This document shows, in pieces, positions 9,318 to 21,101 of a DNA stretch of 40,098 bases. The stretch is from Planctomycetota bacterium (GTDB lineage Bacteria > Planctomycetota > UBA1135 > UBA2386). Position numbers and translations under genes: made by a program. The stretch's first letter is position 1; each line of letters begins with the position of its first letter. Under the pieces are notes generated by a model that was not told the origin of the DNA, searched no databases, and saw only the letters and a list, made by a program, of their open reading frames with translations. The DNA is taken from assembly GCA_947501605.1 (NCBI GenBank), contig CANMWZ010000040.1, positions 1 to 40,098 on the forward strand. The letters run 5' to 3'.

Positions 9318-10652
9318 ATGCGGCGCATGACGATTCGCGCGCTCGTCGTTCTGTCCTGCCTCCTCGCCTCGGCGTTCGCGCAGGAGGCGCCGAAGGTCGT
9401 GTCCCTCGATCCGCCGGAAGGAGCCGAGGTCGACGCCAAGGTGCAGACGAAGCTCGTCGTCGTGTTCGATCGCGCGATGGAGCAAAGCTCCTACTCGCTG
9501 TGCGGCGGCGGGCCGACGTTCCCGACTGCGCGGAGCAAGCCGAAGTGGATCAGCGACACGACGCTGGAGTTCGAGGTCGAACTTGCACCGGATCGCGAAT
9601 ACCGCATCGGGCTCAACTGCCAGGGTTCCGCCAACACGAAGAGCAAGGACGGCGTGCCGCTGATTGCGCGCAGTTGGACGTTCACGACGATGCCCGGTGT
9701 TCTGCGCCCGGAGACCGAACAGCGGCAACGCAATCAGCTCGCGTTCGATCTGTTGTTCGAGGCGCTGCAGTTGCGCTACTCGCACCGCGACGTGCGCGTG
9801 AAGGACTGGGAAGGCCTGAAGGAGGCGGCCGCGAAGTCGGCGCTCGCGGCGCGCACCGATCGCGCCTTCGCCTCGGCGGTGGCAAAGGCACTCGCTCCGA
9901 CGCAGGACCTGCACCTGTGGTTCACGGTCAACGGCTCGACGATCGGCGTGACCTCCCGCGAGGTCGATGCGCTGTTCCGCCCGCAACTCCTGCCGCGCTA
10001 CGTGAAGTCCGAGAAGATCGACAACGCGACGCTCTACGGGCGCACGGACGACGGCATCGGCTATCTGGTGATCGCGAGCTGGCAGAAGCCTGTCGATCCA
10101 CAACGCATCGGCGCTGCGATCACCGAGTTGATGGACTGCAAGGCGATGGTGGTCGACGTGCGGCTCAACTCAGGCGGCGACGAACGCCTCGCGCAGCAGG
10201 TCGCGGCGTGGTTCGTGCGCGGCGAGAAGGTCTACGGGCGGCACCACGTCCGCGACGGCGCCGGCAAGGACGGTTTCGGGCCGGTGCAGGAACGTTCGCT
10301 GACGGGGCGCGACGACGGCTTCGAAGGTCCGGTCGCGGTGCTGACGAGTCGCTGCGTGATGAGCAGCTGCGAGTCCTTCGTGCAGATGATGCGGCAGGCG
10401 AACGACTGCACGGTGGTCGGGCAACCGACGTACGGCAGCAGCGGCAACCCTCAGCCCGTCGACCTGCAGAACGGAGTGACCGCGATGGTCCCGAGCTGGC
10501 AGGACCTTCGCCTCGACGGCACGCCGATCGAAGGCGAAGGCTTGGCTCCGGACGTGCTCGTCGCGTGTGCGCCGAAGGACTTCGAGACCGCGGATCCGAT
10601 CCTCGAGAAGGCGCTCGCCGTGCTGCGCGAGAAGGTCGCGGCGGCGAAGTAG
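9318..10652 (+). CDS. Secreted S41 family peptidase with an N-terminal Ig-like (Big_5-type) domain
   Basis: Signal peptide; P.VVS..P......V......VVFDRAM Ig-like start; S41 motifs IGYLVI, DVRLNSGG, SSCESF, VGQPTYG and IEGEGLAPD. Confidence 0.88.
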   Translation: MRRMTIRALVVLSCLLASAFAQEAPKVVSLDPPEGAEVDAKVQTKLVVVFDRAMEQSSYSLCGGGPTFPTARSKPKWISDTTLEFEVELAPDREYRIGLNCQGSANTKSKDGVPLIARSWTFTTMPGVLRPETEQRQRNQLAFDLLFEALQLRYSHRDVRVKDWEGLKEAAAKSALAARTDRAFASAVAKALAPTQDLHLWFTVNGSTIGVTSREVDALFRPQLLPRYVKSEKIDNATLYGRTDDGIGYLVIASWQKPVDPQRIGAAITELMDCKAMVVDVRLNSGGDERLAQQVAAWFVRGEKVYGRHHVRDGAGKDGFGPVQERSLTGRDDGFEGPVAVLTSRCVMSSCESFVQMMRQANDCTVVGQPTYGSSGNPQPVDLQNGVTAMVPSWQDLRLDGTPIEGEGLAPDVLVACAPKDFETADPILEKALAVLREKVAAAK

Positions 10653-10680
10653 CGGGCGTTCCTCGCGCCGCGCCCTCGGA

Positions 10681-12285
10681 TCACTTCCTCGGCTGGACCT
10701 TCTCGAACTGCAGCGCGCCGAAGTCGAAGTCCGCGATCGGGCAGTCGATGCGGAAGCCTGTGATCCCGCCTTCGCTGTCGAACTCGAAGCGGAACAGCGC
10801 GAACGGCAGGAAGCGATCGGGGAAGTCGACGCGGAACACGTCGTGGTGCCAGTGCGCCATCGGGCCGAACAACCGCCGCTTCGACGGGATCAACTCGACC
10901 TTCAACGTCTCGCCGTCGAGCGTCACCTCGGCCGGCCCGTAGGTCGCGTCGACGTAGCGACCGACATAGGCCTTCAAGGGCAACGTCGGCGCGGTGTCGG
11001 CCACGCGCTGGGCCTCGCGGCGCGCAATCTCTTGCTTGGTGCGCGCTGTGATGCGCTCGTTGATCTTGCCGAGTCGTTCGATCTGCGCGAACGGGTCCTT
11101 CCCGTCGAGTGCCGCATAGATCGCTTGCTTGATCGCTTCGTTGAGCACGCCGTCGTTGCTGTTGTTGAGCACGACGAAGCCCAGGTGTTCGGCGGGCACC
11201 AGCGAGACCTTGCTCAAGAAGCCCGGCATGCCGCCGTCGTGCTCGACGACCTTGCGGCCGCGTTCGTAGCTCACGAACCAACCGAGGCCGTAGCCCATGA
11301 AGTTCAGCGGGTCCGCCGGCCCGCGGCGGATCGACACGCGCGGGTGCCACATCTCCGCGAGTTCTGCGGGCTCGAGCACCTTGGTCTCGCCGAGCGTCCC
11401 GGACGCGAGCAGGGCGCGGATCCAGTGCGAGAGGTCGTGCACCGAGGAGTAGATCGACGCGGCCGGCTTGCACGCGACGAAGGCATGGTCCTCGACCATC
11501 GCACCGTCGATGTGCGGGAAGGCGCGCTCGGCTCCTTCTGGCAATCGCTGCACGCTGGCGCGCGTGTCGGTCATGCCGAGTGGTTGCATGATCTGCTCTT
11601 CGACGAGCTGCTCCCAGCTGCGGCCGGTCGTGCGTTCGAGCACGATGCCGGCGACCATGTACATCAGGTTCTGGTAGCCGAACTCTTCGCGGAAGCTCTG
11701 CTTGATCGGCAGCTTCTCGATGCGCGCCAACACCTCGGCGTCGGTGTAGTCGGAGCCATACCACAGGAGGTCGCCGGCAAACGTCACGAGGCCACAGCGG
11801 TGCGACAACAGGTCCGCGACCGTCATGCGCGCCGTGATCCACGGATCCTGCATGCGGAACTCGGGCACGTGGTCGACGACGCGATCGTTCCAGCGGAGTT
11901 TGCCGGCGCTGACCTGCTGTGCGACGAGAGCGGCGGTGAACGCCTTGCTGCAGGACGCGATGTTGAACAGGGATCGCGGCGTCGCGGGCTGACCGTCCTT
12001 GCGTTCGCCGAACGCGATCTCGGTGACGAGCGCATCGTCCTTCACGACCGCGAGGGCCATGCCCTTGGGCCGGAATACTTCGAAGGCGCGCGCAGCGATG
12101 GCGTCGAGTTGCTCCTTGGTCAGTCCTGTCGGCGCTTGCTGCGCGACCGGAGCCAGCGTCGCCGCAGCGGGAGCCAGCGTCGCCGCAGCGGGAGCCAGCG
12201 TCGCCGCAGCGGGAGCCTGCGCGATCGCGAACGGCAGACAGAGTGCGAGCAGGAACGACGCGACGAGTGGTGGGCGCATGCGCAT
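10681..12285 (-). CDS. Serine hydrolase (beta-lactamase/AmpC family) with C-terminal DUF3471-like domain
   Basis: SxxK in IASCSKAF, LLSHRCG, YxN in GYQN, HDGG, and C-terminal YVGRY...YG; signal peptide. Confidence 0.9.
   Translation of the reverse strand: MRMRPPLVASFLLALCLPFAIAQAPAAATLAPAAATLAPAAATLAPVAQQAPTGLTKEQLDAIAARAFEVFRPKGMALAVVKDDALVTEIAFGERKDGQPATPRSLFNIASCSKAFTAALVAQQVSAGKLRWNDRVVDHVPEFRMQDPWITARMTVADLLSHRCGLVTFAGDLLWYGSDYTDAEVLARIEKLPIKQSFREEFGYQNLMYMVAGIVLERTTGRSWEQLVEEQIMQPLGMTDTRASVQRLPEGAERAFPHIDGAMVEDHAFVACKPAASIYSSVHDLSHWIRALLASGTLGETKVLEPAELAEMWHPRVSIRRGPADPLNFMGYGLGWFVSYERGRKVVEHDGGMPGFLSKVSLVPAEHLGFVVLNNSNDGVLNEAIKQAIYAALDGKDPFAQIERLGKINERITARTKQEIARREAQRVADTAPTLPLKAYVGRYVDATYGPAEVTLDGETLKVELIPSKRRLFGPMAHWHHDVFRVDFPDRFLPFALFRFEFDSEGGITGFRIDCPIADFDFGALQFEKVQPRK
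12149..12217. repeat. Perfect 21-bp tandem repeat, about 3.3 copies, encoding (APAAATL)3
   Basis: GGAGCCAGCGTCGCCGCAGCG at 12149, 12170 and 12191, plus a partial GGAGCC; lies just after the signal peptide of the serine hydrolase. Confidence 0.95.
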
Positions 12286-12378
12286 TCGAAGGGGGCCGAT
12301 TCGAGCCGGCCTCGCGCAGCGCGCAGCCCGGCGGGGCGCGGGAGCGTATCCCGCGCGCCGCCACCGGGCACTACAGGC

Positions 12379-14028
12379 TCACGGGCAGGCGCTGATCGCC
12401 GAGCCGATTCGCAGGCGCAGACCGTTGCTCAGATTGAACGATCCGAGCAGGGCGCCGCCAGTGACGATGTTGACGGCCTGCATGTCGAGATGCTGACCTT
12501 CGAAGATCGGCAGGTTGGGGATCGGCAGCGCGATCGTGACATTGCCGGCGGCGTCTGCCGTGATCAGGCCCATCGAGTTCATCGAACCGAGGTTGGCGGA
12601 GTAGATCGTGCAGCCGGGGCCGGCCACAAACGAGCCATCCTGCGTGCTGAACGCAAAGGCGCACGGCGCATTGGCGGGATTGCCGGCGCTGCTCAGCTGG
12701 AACGTCGTGTTACCGAGCGTCGCACGATCCGGCGCACCAAGAGCGTAGAGGCGAGGTGCAGCTCCGCGGATGCCGCAGCCAGCGCCGAGGTTCTCGTTGT
12801 AGAGGCCGCCGGGGGCCGTGCTGGTCACGAGCACGCTGGCCGTGCCAGCGCCGATGTCGTGCTGGTCGAGCGACAGCGTCGAACCGGTGACCGGCGCCGC
12901 GTCGCAGTCGAACCAGAAGTTGAAGATCGAATTCCAGCGCAGCGGGTTGCCGGTGCCGTTGAAGACAATCTCACCACCGACCTTGCTACCGACCCATTGG
13001 TTGAGCGGGTCCTGGTCGACGTCATGGAAGCCGAAGCCCGTGACGCTGGCAGTTGGGCAAATCGGGATGCGGAGTGCACCGAGGCCACGCTTGTTGTCGC
13101 GGTTCTGGACGGCGTACTCGTAGTGGTACTTGCCGTCGACGGGACCCGTCACTTTGACGGCGACATAGAAGCGACCGTCCTCGCCGACGTTGTTGGCGGA
13201 AGAGATCGATGCGCCCGGCCAGCGTTGCAGGACCGAGCCCTGCAGGAAGGTGCCGGTGTCGGCGATGCTCCACGAGGTCCCGGTCCACGTTGGCACGAAG
13301 CCGCGCGAGCCGAGGTTGTTGTCGCGCAGTGCTTCGAGCTCGCTCGGGATCAGGTACGCGGACTGAAACCAGAACGTCGAGTTCGGCACCAGCAGTTCCT
13401 GGTCGCGGACCCGCATCTGATTGTGGAGCGTCGCATTCAACGCCGACGCCTGCTGGTTCGTCAGGCTGCGGAGGCCATTGCAGATGCTCGCTGGCGCCGC
13501 AGGGGGATCGCCGCGGTCGAACAACGAGCAGACAGGATCCCAGGTGCCGAGCCACGGATCGATCTCCGACGGCGGTCCGAGGTCGAAGTGGTTGACGGCC
13601 TGCGAGTTCGCGTAGGTATCCGAGCAGCCGACTTCGACGGCGTTGAAGTTGCCTGGGCCCGCGCACGTGCCGCAGGGGCTTGGGTCATTGCTCGAACCGA
13701 ACGTGTGCTTGACGTAGCTCCAGTTGGAGATCTGTTCGAAGCGACCATTGGCTTCGCGAGCGACGATCCAGTGAATGAAGCCGTGGTTTGGGCTCATCGC
13801 GGCCTGGAACGGGATGTCGTTCGTGCCGGGATTGCAGCACGTCGTCCACGCACCCAGAGCGAAGGCGCCGTTGGGGTAGGTGCCGGAGCGCACGTAACCA
13901 CGCAGGTTCCAGGTGTCCTGGAGCTGCAGGTCGCGACCAGCGACGACGTTGCTTTGGGCGTGTGCGGAAGCAACGCAGAGCAGTGCGCCGACGACGGTCG
14001 GCAGCACGGGAAGCAGGGATCGATTCAT
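12379..14028 (-). CDS. Secreted Cys-rich protein with a possible lysyl-oxidase-like N-terminal domain and the lineage C-terminal module
   Basis: Signal peptide (ending SAHAQ); NPGTNDI...KHTF...VGCSDTY...DNN; C-terminus IPNLPIFEG...Q...LSNGLRLRIG. Confidence 0.75.
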   Translation of the reverse strand: MNRSLLPVLPTVVGALLCVASAHAQSNVVAGRDLQLQDTWNLRGYVRSGTYPNGAFALGAWTTCCNPGTNDIPFQAAMSPNHGFIHWIVAREANGRFEQISNWSYVKHTFGSSNDPSPCGTCAGPGNFNAVEVGCSDTYANSQAVNHFDLGPPSEIDPWLGTWDPVCSLFDRGDPPAAPASICNGLRSLTNQQASALNATLHNQMRVRDQELLVPNSTFWFQSAYLIPSELEALRDNNLGSRGFVPTWTGTSWSIADTGTFLQGSVLQRWPGASISSANNVGEDGRFYVAVKVTGPVDGKYHYEYAVQNRDNKRGLGALRIPICPTASVTGFGFHDVDQDPLNQWVGSKVGGEIVFNGTGNPLRWNSIFNFWFDCDAAPVTGSTLSLDQHDIGAGTASVLVTSTAPGGLYNENLGAGCGIRGAAPRLYALGAPDRATLGNTTFQLSSAGNPANAPCAFAFSTQDGSFVAGPGCTIYSANLGSMNSMGLITADAAGNVTIALPIPNLPIFEGQHLDMQAVNIVTGGALLGSFNLSNGLRLRIGSAISACP

Positions 14029-14198
14029 GGCGGGAGCGCGTATGGGGGAGGGCGAACAGACTGTCCCCCTCTAGTGTAGGTCCGTCAACGGTCGCCAACT
14101 TTGTGGCGGGTCGCTAGCTCTGTGCCATCGAGCGCGGTGCTATCGTGCGCCGCGTTCCGCTCGCTTAGAGGCCACCCTTGCAACGTCCTACTCAAGCC

Positions 14199-15356
14199 AT
14201 GTTGCTGTGCGCAGTCCTGATGCTGGCTGCCTTCGCCTGGAGCGGCCACCTCCCGGTGGCGGCGCACGGGGCGTCGCAATCGCCGTCTCGCTTGCCTGTG
14301 GTGCTGCGGCTGCCGCCACCAAAACCGCAAGCCGCGGTGGCGGTCACTGGGCGGGTACTCGATGCGATGGGGTTCTTGCTCGCGGGCGCAGAAGTCGCGG
14401 CTGGTCCCGCGCGGGCTCGCACCGATGCGGGCGGCCGTTTTGAAATCGCCGTCGGTGACGGGCTGGTCGCCGATTTGCAGATTGCCGCCGCGGGCCATCG
14501 TTCGAAGTTCGTCCGCAGTTTCCCAGCCGTCGGCGAAACGGTCGTCGCCACCTTGGAGCCTTCTGCCCCTTGGGATGAGCTCTTCGTCCCGTCTTTGTCC
14601 GCATTGGGAAAACTGCGCGGTGAAGGGCTCGTCCGTGGACTCGATCACGCACCTCTTGCCGCGGCGTTGGTGCTGGTCGCCGAAACCGGGGCGCTGGCGC
14701 GGACGGACGCGGCCGGTCGCTATGAGATCGCGCTGCAAGACGGGCCCAACACGCTGATCGTGCAATACGCCGGCAAGGACGATCTCTACTTGGCGGCGCG
14801 CACCGAGCCGGTGAGCCCGTCGCGGGCGACCGGTCGCGTGCCGCTGCCCGAGATCGGTGCAGCAAGGGGCGGAGCCGTCCGCGGTACTATTCGCGATGCG
14901 CATGGCGCGCCGCAGCCCGGTGCACCCGTGCAGGTCGTGGGCGATGGTTACGCGCGCACGGTTCTGGCCGGCGAGGGCGGCGTCTTCCGCTTCGGTGGGC
15001 TCATGCCCGGCAGCTACGACGTCGCAGTCCTTGCGCATCACGGCTTGCTAGGGGCGCACGCGAGCGTGCAACTTGGCCTGACCACCGTCGACTGCGAACT
15101 GCATCTGCGCCCCGCTCGTGGCCGCCGCGTGCGCATTGTCGACAAGGCTGGGGCGCCCGTTCGCAGTCCGCTCGTCGCCACATCCATCGACGGGCTGCGG
15201 CGCGACGTTGCTCGGGGCGACGGCGACGGCTACGTCGAGTTGCGGGCGACGGATGAAGCGGCGCGGTTTGAAGTGCGGGCCGGCAGCGAGCTGCAGCCGC
15301 TGCGCGTGCTCGAGAGTCGGGTCGATGCCGACCAGTTCGTCGTCGTCGTTCCGTAG
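14199..15356 (+). CDS. Carboxypeptidase regulatory-like domain protein
   Basis: Hydrophobic N-terminus; repeats VTGRVLD..G..LAGA.V...ARTDAGGRF, RTDAAGRY and VRGTIRDAHGAPQPGA. The start could be 14178 or 14199. Confidence 0.75.
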   Translation: MLLCAVLMLAAFAWSGHLPVAAHGASQSPSRLPVVLRLPPPKPQAAVAVTGRVLDAMGFLLAGAEVAAGPARARTDAGGRFEIAVGDGLVADLQIAAAGHRSKFVRSFPAVGETVVATLEPSAPWDELFVPSLSALGKLRGEGLVRGLDHAPLAAALVLVAETGALARTDAAGRYEIALQDGPNTLIVQYAGKDDLYLAARTEPVSPSRATGRVPLPEIGAARGGAVRGTIRDAHGAPQPGAPVQVVGDGYARTVLAGEGGVFRFGGLMPGSYDVAVLAHHGLLGAHASVQLGLTTVDCELHLRPARGRRVRIVDKAGAPVRSPLVATSIDGLRRDVARGDGDGYVELRATDEAARFEVRAGSELQPLRVLESRVDADQFVVVVP

Positions 15357-15611
15357 TCGCAGGCTGGGCGCTCTAGAGAGCTGGAGAAGCGTGGCTTCCC
15401 ACAGCCTCTGCGGCGGCCGGCGCTGACGAACACCGCCGCTGTCGTGGTCTCGCGCGAAGGCCGACCGCGAAGCCGCGGTCAAGTAACGGCCAGCGGTCCG
15501 GAGGGATCGGTTTTCTGCAACCGGTACGCGGCCGCCGTGCGTAGCGCAGGTCCCGTAGGGCGCGAGCCAAGCGATCACTCCCGACCGCCGCAATCGCCCC
15601 ATCTAGCACCC

Positions 15612-16019
15612 ATGCGCAACCTACTGCTCGCTTCCGTCTTTTCGCTCGCCAGCATCGCGTCCGCTCAATGCGGCACGCTGGCCATCACCGGCGCCGGCAC
15701 CGTCGGCACCACACTGACCGTCGCGGTCACCGGGACCTCTGCCAATGGCATGGTCGCGCTCGTGGTCGGTCAGACCACCGGCACGACGGCGATCAACCTC
15801 GGCCCGTTGAGCCTGACGCTTGGCCTCGCTCAGCCGTTCTTCCCGCTGCCGCTCGGAACCGCTGATGCGAACGGCAATGCGTCCGTGTCCTTTCTGGTTC
15901 CTGCCGGCATCACGCGGCAGGTCCAACTGAACGCGCAGGCAGCGACCTTTGCGTTCACTCTGCGTCCGTTCGCGATTGCAGCATGCGCGAGCAACGTCGT
16001 GGGCTTCACGATCGGCTGA
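15612..16019 (+). CDS. Small secreted hypothetical protein (lineage module)
   Basis: Signal peptide MRNLLLASVFSLASIASAQ; ADANGNA...VP...Q...SNVVGFTIG. Confidence 0.75.
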   Translation: MRNLLLASVFSLASIASAQCGTLAITGAGTVGTTLTVAVTGTSANGMVALVVGQTTGTTAINLGPLSLTLGLAQPFFPLPLGTADANGNASVSFLVPAGITRQVQLNAQAATFAFTLRPFAIAACASNVVGFTIG

Positions 16020-16024
16020 TCGCG

Positions 16025-16076
16025 TCCAGGAAAACAGCCTGGATCACAGGATGGGCGACGGCAAGTGCCGTTGCCC
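16025..16076 (+). terminator. Two hairpins after the stop, possible terminator or stabiliser
   Basis: TCCAGG-aaaacag-CCTGGA and GGGCGACGGC-aagt-GCCGTTGCCC; no U-tract. Confidence 0.35.
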
Positions 16077-16151
16077 GCCCCCCGCCGGCGAGCTGCAGCC
16101 GAGCGCCGCGGGGACTCATGTTTGCGATCCGGTAGGACCGATCAAGCTGCC

Positions 16152-18461
<2,310 letters not shown>

Positions 18462-18486
18462 GGCTCCGGCACGCTGCCATGCGACT

Positions 18487-20472
18487 CTAGCTGGCTTCGA
18501 TCTCGCCCTGCGCCTTGCTGCCGCGCGCGTGGTAGCGCGTGATCTTCAGGTGCGGATCGCGGCGGTCGCGCGCTTGTACGCGGCTGCCAAAGCTGGTTGC
18601 GACCTCGTTGGTCACGTCGATCAGGCTCGTGGTCGCGCGCAGTTCGATCGCGCCCACGGCGCCGCTGTCGACGCCGCCACGACGGCAAACGTGGGCCAGA
18701 ATGCGACGGGCATCGGCGCCGTCGCGCACGCCCCAGTTGATCGAGAATCGCGTGTAGCCAGGCTCGCCGCCGCCGACGGGCTCATCGAGGCCGACATCTT
18801 CGAGGCGCATCTTCTGCTCGTCGGGCTTCTTCTGCCACGCGGGCTTCGCCAGGGCCTGGCCGCGCGTCGGCAACGGTCGCCGCTGCACCGTCTGCTCTGG
18901 TTCGATCAGCAGTTCGCTCTTGGGGTGGGCGACCGGCTCCGGCGGGATCGCGGGCGCGCGCTCGATTGCGGTCGCCGCGATCGCAGCGGCCAGTGGTGCG
19001 GACGTGGCGGCGGCGGCCTTCATTGCCGGTCGGGCAGGCGCGGGCGCGGGCGCGGGCGCAGGCGATGGCGCCGGACTCGCGGTCGCGGTCGGCAGCGACG
19101 GCGAAGAGTTAGCGAACGGGAATGGCTGGCGCGGCCCTTGGCCCGCCTGCATCAGCAACGCCGCGACGACATCGACGGCATCCCGATCGCGCAGCAGGTG
19201 CGCGGCAACCGCACGTTGACCTTCGCTGAGGGCATGTGCCGCGATGGCCGATGCGGCGTTGCGTTCGGCGCGCTCCATCTGGCGCTTGAACACGGCGTCG
19301 GGGCTTGGCGGAAAGCTCCATACCGGCGTCACGCGCACTTGCGAGTACATGCGGCGCACTTTGCTCTCGTGCGACTTGAGTGCCAGCATGATGCTGCGAC
19401 CCTTCTGGCCGGCGCGTCCGGTTCGGCCGCTGCGGTGTACGTAGGTCTCGGAGTCCATCGGCGGATCGATGTGCACGACCATGGTCACGTCCTGTACGTC
19501 GAGGCCGCGAGCCGCAACGTCGGTTGCGATCAGCGTGCGCACCGCACCGCGCTTGAACGCAGAGAGCGTGCGCGTGCGCTGAGCCTGCGCGAGATCGCCG
19601 CTGATCGGCAGCGCCGTGAAGCCATCGACCGCGAGCTTGTCGGCCAGCGTGCCCGTGTCTTCGCGCGTGCGCACGAACACCAGCGTGCGATCGTCACCTG
19701 CCATCAACAGCAGGTTGACCAAGGCGGCGTAGTGACCGCGTGCGGGAATGCGCACGGCGATGTGCTCGATGTCTGCGTGTGCGGTGCCAGGTCGTTGGCC
19801 GGCGACAAGGATCGGGTTGTGTTGGAAGCGATTGGCGAGTTCGACGACCGCCGGTGCAAACGTAGCCGACACCAAGTGCGTTCGCCGTTCGGCCGGCAAC
19901 GCCTCGAGGATCGCATCGAGCTCGTCCTTGAAGCCGAGGTCGAGCATTTGGTCGGCTTCATCGAGCACCAGCTGGCGCACGGACGACAGGTCGAGCGCCT
20001 TGGTGCGGATGTGGTCGAGCAAGCGACCGGGGGTGCCGACGAGTACTTCGGGTCGGCGCGAGAGCCGTTGCCGTTCGCGGCCGATCGGTGTGCCGCCCGT
20101 GACTACTTCGCAGACGCAGCCGCGCAGGTCCTCGAACAGCCACGACAACTCTTCGCATACTTGGCTCGCGAGTTCACGCGTGGGCGTGACCAGCAGCGTC
20201 GTCGGACCGCGCCGTTGGTCATTGTGCAAGTCGTGCGCGAGTGCGAAGCCAATCGCCACAGTCTTGCCCGAACCGGTCTGCGAGCTGATGCGTAGGTCGC
20301 GCACGCCGTCGTCGGCTGCGAGCAAGGCATCTTGGACGGTGGTTAGTTTGTCGAAGCCGCGACGCGCGAGGGCTGCGTGCAGGGTGTCCGGCACGGCAGC
20401 AAAGGGATGGACGTCAGGCGTTGCGGGCTCTGGGTTCTCGGCCTCTGGCGCCGAGTCGGACTCGATGTACAT
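18487..20472 (-). CDS. deaD: DEAD-box RNA helicase with C-terminal DbpA-type RNA-binding domain (DeaD/CsdA-like)
   Basis: Motifs QTGSGKT, PTRELA, GTPGR, LDEAD, SAT, TDVAARGLD and HRSGRTGRAG; Pro/Ala linker; C-terminal INWGVRDG...VGAIEL. Confidence 0.9.
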   Translation of the reverse strand: MYIESDSAPEAENPEPATPDVHPFAAVPDTLHAALARRGFDKLTTVQDALLAADDGVRDLRISSQTGSGKTVAIGFALAHDLHNDQRRGPTTLLVTPTRELASQVCEELSWLFEDLRGCVCEVVTGGTPIGRERQRLSRRPEVLVGTPGRLLDHIRTKALDLSSVRQLVLDEADQMLDLGFKDELDAILEALPAERRTHLVSATFAPAVVELANRFQHNPILVAGQRPGTAHADIEHIAVRIPARGHYAALVNLLLMAGDDRTLVFVRTREDTGTLADKLAVDGFTALPISGDLAQAQRTRTLSAFKRGAVRTLIATDVAARGLDVQDVTMVVHIDPPMDSETYVHRSGRTGRAGQKGRSIMLALKSHESKVRRMYSQVRVTPVWSFPPSPDAVFKRQMERAERNAASAIAAHALSEGQRAVAAHLLRDRDAVDVVAALLMQAGQGPRQPFPFANSSPSLPTATASPAPSPAPAPAPAPARPAMKAAAATSAPLAAAIAATAIERAPAIPPEPVAHPKSELLIEPEQTVQRRPLPTRGQALAKPAWQKKPDEQKMRLEDVGLDEPVGGGEPGYTRFSINWGVRDGADARRILAHVCRRGGVDSGAVGAIELRATTSLIDVTNEVATSFGSRVQARDRRDPHLKITRYHARGSKAQGEIEAS

Positions 20473-20596
20473 ACCACAGCTTCGTGTATTCGCTTCGAGC
20501 CGTCAACTCGGGGGCATTCGTCGATGCTGCGCACCGCACCGAATGGTGGGGTCGGTGAGGGTGGGTGATGGCGGAAGGCGCGGTGGCATGGGGCAG

Positions 20597-20950
20597 TCAG
20601 CGGGTGATCTTGCGACCGGTCACGCGGACCGTCTTCATGCGCACGAAGCCGAGCGAAAGGTGCGTCAGCAGCCAGTCGTGGAAGGAGGCGCCGAGGCTGA
20701 CGCGGAAGTCGCTGACGCCGAGGCTGCCGTTGCAGTGCTCGCGCAGCATGGCGCCGACGTCGGGTTGATCCTTGCCGGCGAGACCGTGCACCCACAGCAC
20801 GCTCTTGCCGGTCAGTTCGAACTCCTCGCTCTGGCGTTCGGCATTCGGCCGCGCGCTGACGGGGAAGGGGACGTCGGTGAGGTCGTAGGTCAGCGAGCCG
20901 CAGCTCGCGGCAAACGGCAGCAGGGCTGCGAGGAGCAGGGTGGTGCGCAT
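20597..20950 (-). CDS. Bor/Iss-like small lipoprotein
   Basis: Lipobox (FAASC); WVHGL...D......C.G...V....SF.DWLL..LSLG resembles Bor-family lipoproteins. Start moved to MRTTLLL. Confidence 0.65.
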   Translation of the reverse strand: MRTTLLLAALLPFAASCGSLTYDLTDVPFPVSARPNAERQSEEFELTGKSVLWVHGLAGKDQPDVGAMLREHCNGSLGVSDFRVSLGASFHDWLLTHLSLGFVRMKTVRVTGRKITR

Positions 20951-21101
20951 CGTGCGCGCATCATGGCGGCTTCGGCTGTGCGTTCGCCAGTGCGCGCATC
21001 TCCCGATGGCACGGAGCCGCTGGAGCGGTCCGTTGGACGGTGCGACGCGTGCGGCATAGCTTCCTTCTGGGAAGGAAAGCCTGCCGATAACCTTTCCTCG
21101 G

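Noticed and set aside
12149..12217. Repeat as a possible CRISPR array
   Set aside because: It has no spacers, is an in-frame coding tandem repeat, and no cas genes are present
19030..19095. GGGCGC-type short repeats in the helicase gene
   Set aside because: They encode an ordinary Pro/Ala low-complexity linker
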